DNA of 64,000 nucleotides from contig CAMFLX010000001.1 of assembly GCA_945957555.1 (NCBI GenBank), positions 114,229 to 178,228 of the forward strand, given 5' to 3'. The DNA comes from an uncultured Cytophagales bacterium (GTDB lineage: Bacteria; Bacteroidota; Bacteroidia; Cytophagales; UBA9547). The notes beneath the pieces were generated by a model that saw only the letters and a list, made by a program, of their open reading frames with translations, made no database searches and was not told where the DNA came from. Below are positions 1 to 10,500 of the stretch, piece by piece. Position 1 is the stretch's first letter, and every line of letters starts with the position of its first letter. Made by a program: the position numbers and the translations under genes.

Positions 1-401
1 TCATGCAAAAAAATGGCTATGGTCGTATTGTTAACATTTTGTCAGTTTCAGTGAAGGAACCTATAAAAGGTTTAGGGGTTTCAAATGCCGTACGGGCTGC
101 TGTAGCTAACTGGGCAAAGACCTTAGCAGAAGAAGTGGCAGAGTTTGGTATTACTGTGAACAATATTCTGCCTGGACCAACGGAAACCAAAAGAATAGAA
201 GCACTTATCGAAGACTTTTCAAGAAGACGAAAGCTGCCATATGAAGAAATAAAAAGGGAAATGGAACAAGAAATACCTTTAAAACGTTTTGCAAGGGCAG
301 AAGAAATCGCCAATGTTGTCGGTTTTATTGCGTCACCAGCAGCGTCATATATCAATGGAATAAATCTTCCAGTCGATGGGGGGAAATTGGGGTGCCTGTA
401 A
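1..401 (+). CDS. SDR-family oxidoreductase, C-terminal part (5' end lies outside the window)
   Basis: GRIVNI, SNAVRAA, GITVNNILPG and the terminal SYINGINLPVDGG are SDR C-terminal motifs; the N-terminal TGxxxGxG is not in the window. Confidence 0.85.
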   Translation, partial: MQKNGYGRIVNILSVSVKEPIKGLGVSNAVRAAVANWAKTLAEEVAEFGITVNNILPGPTETKRIEALIEDFSRRRKLPYEEIKREMEQEIPLKRFARAEEIANVVGFIASPAASYINGINLPVDGGKLGCL

Positions 402-472
402 AAAAACTTTGGCAAAGAAATTGCGTAATGCTATCTTGCGGGACTTTTTGGGAAAACGTATAAACATTAGCT

Positions 473-1867
473 ATGACATTAATAAAATCTATATCAGGTA
501 TTCGTGGAACGATTGGAGGAAAAGCTGGAGATGCACTCACACCACTTGATGTAGTAAAATTTTCAGCTGCTTTTGGCAACTGGGTGAAATCGAGATCATT
601 AAACAACAAAGTGGTTATTGGCCGTGATGCCAGACCTTCTGGATCAAACATTGCGTCTTTAGTTTCTGCTACTTTGCAAAGCGTTGGAGTAAATGTAGTA
701 GACTTAGGTCTCGCTACGACACCCACAGTGGAAATGGCTGTAGTATGGGAAGGGGCTGCCGCAGGAATCATCATTACAGCAAGTCATAATCCCATACAAT
801 GGAATGCACTCAAACTTTTAAATGAAAAAGGTGAGTTTATCTCTGCAGAGGAGGGTAAGTTGTTGGTAGATATGGTAAATAATGAAGATTTTACTTTTTC
901 TGAAGTAGGAAAAATAGGGTCATATGTTACCAATAGTAAGTATTTAGAAAAGCACATAGAAGCGATTTTAGCTTTGCCATTAGTAGATAAGGAAGCAATT
1001 GCAAAACGGAATTTTAAGATTGTCGTGGATGCGGTAAATTCCGTTGGAGGAATAGCTGTACCAGCACTTTTAGAGGCACTCGGAGTAAGAATCTTGCATA
1101 AACTGTATTGTGAGCCTACTGGGCAATTTCCACACAATCCAGAGCCACTTCCAGAACATCTCACTAAGATATCATCTGTGGTATCTGAAGAGGATTATGA
1201 TTTAGGCATTGTAGTGGATCCAGATGTTGATAGGCTCGCGTTTGTTTGTGAAGACGGAACCATGTTTGGTGAGGAATATACGTTGGTAGCAGTTGCTGAT
1301 TACATACTTGGCAACAATAACGGAAATACAGTATCGAATCTTTCTTCTACTAGAGCCCTTAGAGATATTACTGAGAAAAGTGGAAATAAATACTTTAGTT
1401 CTGCGGTAGGCGAGGTAAATGTGGTTGAAAAAATGAAAGCCGAAAATGCTGTAATTGGAGGTGAAGGTAATGGAGGTATTATTTACCCAGAATTGCATTA
1501 CGGTCGTGATGCCTTAGTAGGAATAGCCTTATTCCTAACTCATTTGGCTAAATTAGGTAAGTCAGCCTCTAGGCTCAGACATTCATACCCTGATTATCAT
1601 ATCTCTAAGAACAAGATTGATCTCACACCTGAAATTGACATAGATTTTCTGTTGGAAGAGGTCAAACTAAAATATAAAAAGCAACCTATTAATGACATAG
1701 ATGGCGTTAAAATAGAATTTGATAAGGAATGGGTGCATTTGAGAAGGTCCAATACGGAACCGATCATTCGCATTTATGCAGAAAGTGAATCAGAGACCAC
1801 TGCTCATGCCCTTGCGAATAAAATTATTCTAGACATTAAGGAGATTATTTCGGAAAAAGTAATGTAA
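473..1867 (+). CDS. glmM: phosphoglucosamine mutase
   Basis: SISGIRG N-terminus, ITASHNP phosphoserine motif, DPDVDR metal loop, GEGNGG. Confidence 0.9.
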   Translation: MTLIKSISGIRGTIGGKAGDALTPLDVVKFSAAFGNWVKSRSLNNKVVIGRDARPSGSNIASLVSATLQSVGVNVVDLGLATTPTVEMAVVWEGAAAGIIITASHNPIQWNALKLLNEKGEFISAEEGKLLVDMVNNEDFTFSEVGKIGSYVTNSKYLEKHIEAILALPLVDKEAIAKRNFKIVVDAVNSVGGIAVPALLEALGVRILHKLYCEPTGQFPHNPEPLPEHLTKISSVVSEEDYDLGIVVDPDVDRLAFVCEDGTMFGEEYTLVAVADYILGNNNGNTVSNLSSTRALRDITEKSGNKYFSSAVGEVNVVEKMKAENAVIGGEGNGGIIYPELHYGRDALVGIALFLTHLAKLGKSASRLRHSYPDYHISKNKIDLTPEIDIDFLLEEVKLKYKKQPINDIDGVKIEFDKEWVHLRRSNTEPIIRIYAESESETTAHALANKIILDIKEIISEKVM

Positions 1868-1899
1868 TATTTTTACTTTTGTAACCCTAAAGATTTTAA

Positions 1900-2247
1900 A
1901 TGCAAATTCAAGTACTCAAATCAAAAATACATAGAGCCAAAATAACCCAGGCAGAACTTCACTATGTTGGCAGTATTACCATTGACAAGGATTTGTTAGA
2001 TGCAGCCAACATGGTAGAAGGAGAAAAAGTACAGGTATTAAACGTAAATAACGGTGAACGACTTGAAACTTACGTGATTTCAGGCCCAAAAGGTTCTGGA
2101 GTTATATGTATGAATGGGCCAGCCGCTCGAAAGATGCAAGTAGGAGATGTAGTAATCGTTATTTCATATGCTACAATAGACTTTGACAAGGCAAATTCAT
2201 TTAAGCCTTGGTTGGTATTCCCTGATGAAAATAATAGGCTACCTTAA
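1900..2247 (+). CDS. panD: aspartate 1-decarboxylase
   Basis: [15 protein letters not shown] autocleavage site, [14 protein letters not shown]; TACTTTTG -7 box at 1874-1881. Confidence 0.95.
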   Translation: MQIQVLKSKIHRAKITQAELHYVGSITIDKDLLDAANMVEGEKVQVLNVNNGERLETYVISGPKGSGVICMNGPAARKMQVGDVVIVISYATIDFDKANSFKPWLVFPDENNRLP

Positions 2248-2256
2248 TATTACAGA

Positions 2257-2652
2257 TTAGTTTTTAAGTTTCATTTTCAATTGGCTCAAAAGTACCGAAG
2301 AAGAAGCTATGTTTTCTTCAAGTTCTTTGATTAAATCCTCGGTCGATCCTTTTACGAATCTTCCTTCTGGTTCGAGGGTTACTTTATCCGTGGTATGCTC
2401 GGTAGGGTTTAAGAATGTGGAACCGATACCTTCAATAACGAATATTGGACTTACTAAAAAGTGTCTGTAAAGGTTACTTAGCATCTCTAGGGTCACACTT
2501 CTTTTATCGTGCTTTATGTCACTTACTATTTGGGGATGAATGCCCAAGGTCTGACAGAATTCGTTTAGGGTCTTAACCTTTTTAGATTTTACAAGCGATT
2601 TACTGATTTCTATAAATCGCTGATTTACCGATATTTTTAGTGTACTTGACAA
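2257..2652 (-). CDS. XRE/phage CI-like helix-turn-helix regulator with C-terminal coiled coil
   Basis: NEFCQTLGIHPQIVSDIK HTH pattern followed by VSPIFVIEGIGSTF (VxPxW/FxxxGxG-like); no S24 peptidase domain; TTG start. Confidence 0.65.
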   Translation of the reverse strand: MSSTLKISVNQRFIEISKSLVKSKKVKTLNEFCQTLGIHPQIVSDIKHDKRSVTLEMLSNLYRHFLVSPIFVIEGIGSTFLNPTEHTTDKVTLEPEGRFVKGSTEDLIKELEENIASSSVLLSQLKMKLKN

Positions 2653-2678
2653 AATAGTAAAAAATTATAGTAAAAAAC

Positions 2679-2734
2679 TTGTTGAGGTACAGTTTTTTGC
2701 TTATGTTTGTGTACCATGTTAATGAACAAAAATA
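2679..2734. promoter_or_regulatory. overlapping oppositely oriented Bacteroidota sigma-A promoter boxes
   Basis: + strand TTG (2679-2681) and TATGTTTG (2702-2709); - strand TATTTTTG (2727-2734); GGTACA/TGTACC inverted repeat at 2686-2715. Confidence 0.5.
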
Positions 2735-2950
2735 ATGACTAATCTTGAAAATAACAATTATTTTGTTCAGGGAATGAATTGAGTAATCATTATAGATAAT
2801 GACAAGAACTTAATAGTTAAAGATTATTTTTTAAGGAATCTGGCTAGGTAATTAAATGGTTAAGTGTACTCAGAATAGGTGAATTAAAGAAAACTTATAT
2901 AAATTTGGAACGCGCCAAATATATTGTCGCGCCCCAATGCAGTTAAACGC

Positions 2951-3625
2951 CTAAGTCTGCTTTATTTTTTGATATTTTTGAAATACATAAGCAATAGATT
3001 TATAGCTTTTCCCAAGAGCCTTTTGCACTTCATTTGCGTTCATCCATTTGATATTGTCTATACTTTCTTCTTTTTGTGGTTTCATTTTGGAGTCGTCAAC
3101 ATTGGTCATTAAATACCATGAAGTCTTCTTTAACATATCTGATCCACCTTTAGTAGTATAGCTGTGCCAAGTATCCACTATTTTGTATTCTAGTTCTGCC
3201 TTTATACAACATTCCTCCTCTACCTCACGAAGTGCACATTCTTGAATAGTTTCACCATAATCAAGTTTGCCTTTGGGTAAATCCCAAAGCCCAAGTCTGT
3301 GAATCATCAAGAACTTCTCGCCTTTGAGCACTAGCCCCCCGCCAGCTTCTATTCTTTTGAAAGAGCTTTTGATGATGTCTTCGTAGGCTTTTTTGTCATT
3401 GGTGAGAACCACAATTTCTTTCACAGAATGGTTTTTGAACCTTTGTAAGTAACTGACAAGACCCAAAACTTGTTTTTGAGATGGAGACTTGATCAGGATC
3501 TTGCCTTTTAATGAAGGTTCATTAAATACCTGTTGGTCTACAATAGTTGTATCGAATAAGCTGGATGTATACTTGTCGAATTTTTTGCTAATTCTAAACG
3601 GAGTATCGTTAATAAAGAAAAGCAT
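2951..3625 (-). CDS. NUDIX hydrolase
   Basis: Nudix box GKLDYGETIQECALREVEEECCI, preceded by WDLPK. Confidence 0.9.
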   Translation of the reverse strand: MLFFINDTPFRISKKFDKYTSSLFDTTIVDQQVFNEPSLKGKILIKSPSQKQVLGLVSYLQRFKNHSVKEIVVLTNDKKAYEDIIKSSFKRIEAGGGLVLKGEKFLMIHRLGLWDLPKGKLDYGETIQECALREVEEECCIKAELEYKIVDTWHSYTTKGGSDMLKKTSWYLMTNVDDSKMKPQKEESIDNIKWMNANEVQKALGKSYKSIAYVFQKYQKIKQT

Positions 3626-3638
3626 TTGATCTAGAATT

Positions 3639-4235
3639 TTATTTATGTCTTTGTTTCAGGACTTCAATTATTTCTGTGAAAGAAATATTCTTGGCTTCTA
3701 GTAATACAAGGTAATGGAAAAACAGATCGGCTGCTTCGTTTCTAAACAAATCATCATTGTTATCCTTTGCTTCAATTACTACCTCTACGGCTTCCTCACC
3801 CACTTTCTGGGCTATTTTGTTGATTCCCTTTTTAAATAGGGAACTAGTGTATGATTTATCGCTCTCCTCCTCTTTTCTGCTTTTGATAGTAGTGATTAAT
3901 TTTGTTAGAAAATCGTAATCAGTTTGTGTATTCTTTTCAAAGAAGCAAGTGTCTGCACCTGTGTGGCAAGTTGCACCTTTCGGATTTGCTTTTATCAAAA
4001 CCGTATCTTGGTCACAATCAATCAAAACCTGAACTACATCAAGAAAATGTCCAGAAGTTTCTCCCTTAGTCCACAGCCTTTGCTTGGTGCGACTAAAAAA
4101 GGTCACTCTTTTTTCTTGAACTGTTTTTTCATAAGCTTCCTGGTTCATGAACCCTACCATCAGAATCTTTTCGGTACTAGCATCTTGTACCACAGCAGGC
4201 ACCAATCCTCCTTGTTTTTCGAAATTTATCTCCAT
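3639..4235 (-). CDS. hisIE: bifunctional phosphoribosyl-AMP cyclohydrolase / phosphoribosyl-ATP diphosphatase
   Basis: LWTKGETSG, DCDQD, TCHTGADTCF, SYTSSLF, QKVGEEAVE, EAADL. Confidence 0.95.
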   Translation of the reverse strand: MEINFEKQGGLVPAVVQDASTEKILMVGFMNQEAYEKTVQEKRVTFFSRTKQRLWTKGETSGHFLDVVQVLIDCDQDTVLIKANPKGATCHTGADTCFFEKNTQTDYDFLTKLITTIKSRKEEESDKSYTSSLFKKGINKIAQKVGEEAVEVVIEAKDNNDDLFRNEAADLFFHYLVLLEAKNISFTEIIEVLKQRHK

Positions 4236-4267
4236 TGAATGTTTGATCGCTACAAAATTACGAAAAT

Positions 4268-5080
4268 TTATCTTTTGTGTGCATATTCTTTGATCTCAAC
4301 TTCTATATTGCCCACCCATGATTTTGCCTTTAATTTGAGAGGAATTCTATTTTCGTCATCCGAGATCCAAACACTTACAGGTTCATCGCCTCTGAATAAT
4401 TCATTATCAGGAACAATAGGTACCAATACGATAGTATTATATTTGCCTATTTTTGTTTTGAGCTCTTCTCTCGTTTTGAGCAAAAACTTGAGATTGTAAG
4501 AATTGTTTTCTATAAATACGTCAAGTCTCAAAGTATCGTTGGCAGAATATTTTTCAAAGTCTATTTTGCGTAACTGGAAATAAGAGGTAATCATATCATT
4601 TATGTTTTCAGATATATCAAAAAGCTTTATACTGTCGGGTTTACTTACGTTTTTGTCAATGATTTTAACTTTTTTACCCAAAAAATCAAAATAAGAATAT
4701 TCCCGCTTTTTGTATTTGTTTTCGTGAAGATCTCTGATGAAAAGCGTTGGTTTCAAGGTACTGGTATCAACAAAACTGTAGAACTTGTCGTTGAGCTCAC
4801 TGAATAGATCTACAGTGCCGTCAAGCTCGCCGATGAGACTCACTTTATAACATTTTACAGAATCTATAGATTGGATAGTACTGTCAATGTCAAGTACTAT
4901 GTTTGCAGCTTTCATGATACCAAGTTTAGCTACATATTTGATCGTTTCACTTTTTTTGTAGTGGTTGTATTCGGTTGTTTGTATAGGAGCTGAAGGAATA
5001 AACTGTTCATCTTTTCCTTTCTTTTTTGAGCAGGCGCATAATAGCAATAGAATCCAAAAGGCTAGGCTGATTTTGGTCAT
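4268..5080 (-). CDS. DUF3108-like secreted/lipoprotein
   Basis: lipoprotein-like signal (LLCACS); C-terminal [16 protein letters not shown] is typical of DUF3108. Confidence 0.7.
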   Translation of the reverse strand: MTKISLAFWILLLLCACSKKKGKDEQFIPSAPIQTTEYNHYKKSETIKYVAKLGIMKAANIVLDIDSTIQSIDSVKCYKVSLIGELDGTVDLFSELNDKFYSFVDTSTLKPTLFIRDLHENKYKKREYSYFDFLGKKVKIIDKNVSKPDSIKLFDISENINDMITSYFQLRKIDFEKYSANDTLRLDVFIENNSYNLKFLLKTREELKTKIGKYNTIVLVPIVPDNELFRGDEPVSVWISDDENRIPLKLKAKSWVGNIEVEIKEYAHKR

Positions 5081-5832
5081 AACCGTACAATGATTTCTCT
5101 GCTTTTAAGATAATTTTTAAGAGTAGGTATCTCTATTTCTTTGAAGTGAAAAATGCTCGCCGCCAATGCGGCATCGGCCTTTCCAAAAGTAAACGTATCC
5201 ACAAAGTGCTCCATAGTACCTGCTCCTCCTGATGCAATGACGGGGATATTTGCGGCACCGCTAATTAGGGAAGTTAGTTCATTGGCAAAACCTTGTTTAC
5301 AACCATCATGATCCATTGATGTTAACAAAATTTCACCAGCCCCTCTATTCTCAACTTCCTTTGCCCAAGTTATCGTTTCCAAAGGAGTAGGCGTACGACC
5401 ACCATGTGTATGTACAATATGTTTTGTGTCATTATGTTTTGTGTCAATTGCCACTACCACAAACTGACTTCCAAATTCACGAGCAAGCTCATCCACTAAA
5501 TTTGGGTTTCTTACAGCTGCAGAGTTGATAGAGACCTTGTCCGCTCCAGCATTAAGTAAAACAGAAGCATCTTCAATACTAGATACGCCACCTCCGACAG
5601 TGAATGGAATATTTATTACAGAAGCAACTTTTCTAACGAGTTCTGACAGCGTCTTTCTTTTGTCAACGGTAGCAGTAATATCCAGAAAAACCAATTCATC
5701 TGCCCCTTGCTCAGCATAGAGTTTTCCAAGCTCAACAGGATCTCCCGCATCTCTCAGCTCTAGAAAGTTTATACCCTTTACGGTTTTGCCATCTTTTATA
5801 TCCAAGCAGGGAATGATTCTCTTAGTAAGCAT
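5077..5832 (-). CDS. hisF: imidazole glycerol phosphate synthase cyclase subunit
   Basis: [41 protein letters not shown]. Confidence 0.97.
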   Translation of the reverse strand: MLTKRIIPCLDIKDGKTVKGINFLELRDAGDPVELGKLYAEQGADELVFLDITATVDKRKTLSELVRKVASVINIPFTVGGGVSSIEDASVLLNAGADKVSINSAAVRNPNLVDELAREFGSQFVVVAIDTKHNDTKHIVHTHGGRTPTPLETITWAKEVENRGAGEILLTSMDHDGCKQGFANELTSLISGAANIPVIASGGAGTMEHFVDTFTFGKADAALAASIFHFKEIEIPTLKNYLKSREIIVRL

Positions 5833-6001
5833 TTATGAATAATTAGAATACAAAAATAATCATTTTACAATGATACTTGGTATTTGCTTGATACTCTGAA
5901 AGACATTTTTATCTAAATGGGCGAAATATTTACCCGAAATATCATAACTTTGTCAATAAATTTCATATTTTGTTTTTTATGAAATTGTCAACATATAAAA
6001 A

Positions 6002-6655
6002 ATGATCAAAGTAAAATCTTTTGAATTCAATCCAGTATCAGAAAACACATATATCCTATCTGACGAAACTAACGAAGCTATCATCATTGATCCTGGGTGT
6101 TTTGAAAAGGACGAAACTGATGAGCTAGATAACTACATTCAAGTCAATGGTCTCAAGGTTGTGGCAATGATCAATACACATTCTCATTTTGATCATGTTT
6201 TAGGCTGCTACCATGTAAAGACAAAATACAAATGTCCGTTTTTGATTTTTAAAGACGATCTTGCTACTTTAAAAGCAGTAAAAGTGTATGCACCCAATCT
6301 AGGTTTTTGGGGTTATAATGAGGTAGAGCCTGATGGTTTTTTGCTATTAGAAAAACCATTCAAGTTTGGTAATAGCGAATTACAAATTGCACAAACGCCT
6401 GGGCATGCTCCTGGTCATGTGGTTTTTTATAATTTAGATGAGAAAATCGCAATAACAGGCGATAATATTATGTTGAACAGTATTGGACGCACGGATCTGC
6501 CTGGAGGAAACTCCAAACAACTCCTTGAAAGTATAGAAAAAGTTATATTTGCGTGGGATGATGATGTGAAAATATATCCAGGACATGGCCTAGATTCCAC
6601 TGTAGGGTATGAAAAAAAACATAATAAGGTATTAAAACAATTATTATCTTTATAA
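6002..6655 (+). CDS. MBL-fold metallo-hydrolase (glyoxalase II-like)
   Basis: THSHFDH, TPGHAPG, SIGRTDLPGG, YPGHG. Confidence 0.9.
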   Translation: MIKVKSFEFNPVSENTYILSDETNEAIIIDPGCFEKDETDELDNYIQVNGLKVVAMINTHSHFDHVLGCYHVKTKYKCPFLIFKDDLATLKAVKVYAPNLGFWGYNEVEPDGFLLLEKPFKFGNSELQIAQTPGHAPGHVVFYNLDEKIAITGDNIMLNSIGRTDLPGGNSKQLLESIEKVIFAWDDDVKIYPGHGLDSTVGYEKKHNKVLKQLLSL

Positions 6656-6670
6656 ACTAAACAAAATAAC

Positions 6671-7465
6671 ATGTTGCGCTCTATTCCCAATTTTATAACC
6701 ATTTTGAATCTTACTTGTGGCTGTATAGGTATAGTATTAGTACTGAGTTCCCCAGACTACCTTAAATATGGTGCTTTTTTGATATTGATTGCTGGCGTTC
6801 TTGACTTTCTTGATGGTTTTGCTGCTAGATTGCTTAATGTTAAATCAGAGATCGGGAAACAACTCGATTCTTTGGCTGATGTGGTTACTTTTGGAGTTTT
6901 ACCTAGTATGATGCTCTTTGAACTCCTCAAGTTGACATATGATGTGCAAGGTATTGAGTGGCTTAATTGCAAGCATTTGCTTCCTGATTATCAAGCCCAT
7001 GTGGCTTGTTCTATTAATCAAATGATTCCATATTTCCCTGCATTCTTAGTGGCTATCTTTTCTGCGATCCGTTTGGCAAAATTCAATATAGATACAAGAC
7101 AAGTTGACGGTTTTATAGGGTTACCTACGCCCGCCAATGCGATTTTGGTGAGTTCTTTGGTGCTTATGATTAGCAATGAAGGTCAAGACTTTGAGTTTGA
7201 TGAGATTATTAATTACAATTTCCTATATTCATTTATTTTCGCCTCTTGTATTCTCATGGTATCTAAAATCCCAATGATTTCCTTGAAATTTAAAAATATT
7301 TCTTGGAATTTGAACATTTGGCGCTATATTTTGTTAATAGGTTGTATTACTATTATGTTATTTACATATATCAAAGGCCTAAGTTATTTTGGGATGGGTC
7401 TTTGTATTATCTACTATATAATAGTCTCAATTATTAGTGGTTTCTTAAAGAAAGAAAAGGAATAA
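6671..7465 (+). CDS. pssA: CDP-diacylglycerol--serine O-phosphatidyltransferase (CDP-alcohol phosphatidyltransferase)
   Basis: DFLDGFAARLL...GKQLDSLAD motif, RLAKFN, FIGLPTP. Confidence 0.85.
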   Translation: MLRSIPNFITILNLTCGCIGIVLVLSSPDYLKYGAFLILIAGVLDFLDGFAARLLNVKSEIGKQLDSLADVVTFGVLPSMMLFELLKLTYDVQGIEWLNCKHLLPDYQAHVACSINQMIPYFPAFLVAIFSAIRLAKFNIDTRQVDGFIGLPTPANAILVSSLVLMISNEGQDFEFDEIINYNFLYSFIFASCILMVSKIPMISLKFKNISWNLNIWRYILLIGCITIMLFTYIKGLSYFGMGLCIIYYIIVSIISGFLKKEKE

Positions 7466-7514
7466 CACAATAATTTGTTCCGATAACTAGTTATTATCAA
7501 AATTACTTAAATAT

Positions 7515-10500
7515 ATGAAAAAATATATTAGCGCATTTATTGCGCTTTTAGTGTTCTATTCAGGGGCTCAAACTTATACCATACAATGGAAAACACCAAC
7601 AATTTTAACTATTATAGGTGGTGGGGAAACCAAAACTTTAGATTTTGAAAATACAAGTGAAGTAGATCCCATTCGTAAAATTGGCTATTTTGTCATTAAG
7701 ATTGAAGGCGAGGTTAATTCTGTAGATTTTACAAAAGTTGAATATGTATCTTGTTCTAAAGAGGAGGAGCTGTTATTGGATGCAAATCAATTTTCAAATA
7801 AAATAGAATTTGAAACTCGGACTTCAACAGCGAGAACACAGATCTATAGTTTTATAAATCTTGTTCCTATTGTAAAAGGAGCTAATGGTAAACTTTACAA
7901 AATAAAAAAATTTAACCTAAATGTTAGCCAAAAGCAGACTGGTAATACAAAATTGGCTAAAAAAGCTGTTATTAGTAAAAATTCCGTTTTTTCTACTGGT
8001 GACTGGTATAAAATTTCAGTAAACAAGACAGGTGTATATAAACTGGATCTTGATTATATTAAATCAATTGGAATACCAGTGACGGTTGATCCTAACAGCT
8101 TGCAGACTTTTGGTTTCGGCGGCTTGTTACCAGAGAGAAATGCTGATAATGCCGATTTTTACGATATTCCAGAGATACCTATGTTTTTTGTGGGAAATCA
8201 AGATAATAAATTTGATGCCTCAGAATATTTTCTATTGTATTTAGAAGGTCCCAATCCTATAGTTAGCAAGGGAGATGTAGATCAAAAAAAGAACATATAT
8301 TCTGACAAGACCTTCTTCTTCATTACACACTCTCAAAAAACTGGAAAACGGATTACTAATAAAGCTGCACAGCTTAACTACGATTTAGAATATGATTATT
8401 ATGATTTTATATATAGACACGAGCAGGACGAGACAAATTATATTCACTCGGGACGAGATTGGGTTGGGGAATCCTTGGTTACAAATCCCATATTGAATTT
8501 TGATGTAGATATTCCACAATTGATGCCAAATACAGAGGTATTGGTTACTGGTAAAATACAAGGTTCAAATGATAATGCTACAACTTGTGCAATTAGCTTT
8601 AACGGTGAAGCTTTCAATTACACCTTATATAATAGAGACAATGGTTTAGATTTTAACCGAATTTTGGTAAGATCTTTTGATTTCAACCAAACACTGAACT
8701 CTGACGATATAGCAGGAACTATTAATTTGAATATCAAGTATTCCAAGGTAACAAGTGTAGATAAAGCGAATTTGGATTATTTTCAGATAACAGGTAAGGC
8801 TAAACTTGTTTTTGACGGGAACTATTTGAATTTCAGAAATATTGATGCTGTAGGGAATAACTACAGCAAGTATTCTATGTCAACGACTAAAAATGGTGCT
8901 CAAATTTGGGACGTAACAAAGACAAGTAATATTCAATCGATTCCTATAACCAAAGAAAGCCTAGGTATATCGTTTATAGATTCTTCTAATCAGTATAAAG
9001 AATATGTGATTGTGGATCCTAGTGCAGAATTTGATGCACCAGTCTTTGTAGAAAAAACAGAGAATCAAAACATATCAGGTTCAGACGTGCCAGATTTACT
9101 TATTGTTGCCTATCCGGCCTTTATGGATGCAGCGGAACGATTGGCAAGCTTCAGGAGGTCGCATGATGGGTATGATGTTTTGGTGGTTTCTGTTGATAAG
9201 GTATATAATGAATTTTCCTCTGGAAGACAAGATATAAGCGGTATCAGAAATCTTGCAAAATGTTTATATGATCGTGATCCATCAAAGTTTAAATGGTTAC
9301 TGTTGTTTGGTGCATGTTCTTTTGATTATAAGGATAGAATAGGAAACAACACGAACTTTGTACCTATTTATGAAACAATTAATAGTTCTGACTTGATTTT
9401 AAGCTATCAATCAGACGACTACTATGGACTGTTAGACAATAATGAAGGAAATACACTTATCGGTGGTATGCTTGATATTGGAGTTGGACGTCTTCCAGTA
9501 AGGAATACCGAAGAAGCCAATGCTGTAGTGGACAAACTCATACACTATTCCTCTTCAAAATTGACATTTGACAAATGGAGGAACAATCTAAGCTTTGTTT
9601 GCGATGATGGTGATGGGAATTTGCACATGAATTCTACAGAGCAACTTATTAATGAAGTAGAAAAATACAATTCAGCGGCAAGGATTAATAAATTGTATTT
9701 GCCATTATACCCTGAGATTTCTACGCCGATAGGTCAGGAAAGTCCGGCATTGAGTCAGAGATTAATGGATGAGATAAATCGAGGGACGTTTTTATTAAAC
9801 TACTCGGGTCATGGTAGGGAGATTGGTTGGGCTGGTGAGAATATTATTACCATAGAAACCATCAGAAATCTAAAAAATATCGACAAGCTGTTTTTTTTAA
9901 TAACAGCAACATGCGAGTTTGGTAGATACGACGATCCGAATAACTTTTCAAGTATAGAACAAGCGATATTAAATCCAAATGGTGCAGCTATTGCAACTAT
10001 TGGTGCTACTAGACCGGTGTTTGCGTCATCAAATTTGAGGGTGAACACATCAATGATGCGATTTCTATATGAAAAGGTTGATGGTAAATACAATACAATT
10101 GGAGATATTATGCGAAAATCAAAAAATGATGGGGCTTCAGTGATAATAGATGAAAATGTAAAAAACTATGGGCTACTAAGTGACCCCTCGCTAACCTTGA
10201 ATTATCCTAAGTATGACATTATGATAGATAGCATACTTAATGAAGACAATACGCAAAAAGATACATTAAAGGCATTGTCAAAAGCACAGATAAAAGGTTC
10301 TATTGTGAATAACGGATCCATACAAGATAACTTTAATGGAATATTAACACTTACGTTATATGACAAAGAACTTGATAAGTTATCCAAATATGATCCTGCA
10401 AGTGGTGACAATGCATATGACCCCTCATATATCAAAACAATCATTAAAACTAGAGAGAGTATCATATACCAAGGAAACGCTGTTGTTAAGAATGGACGAT

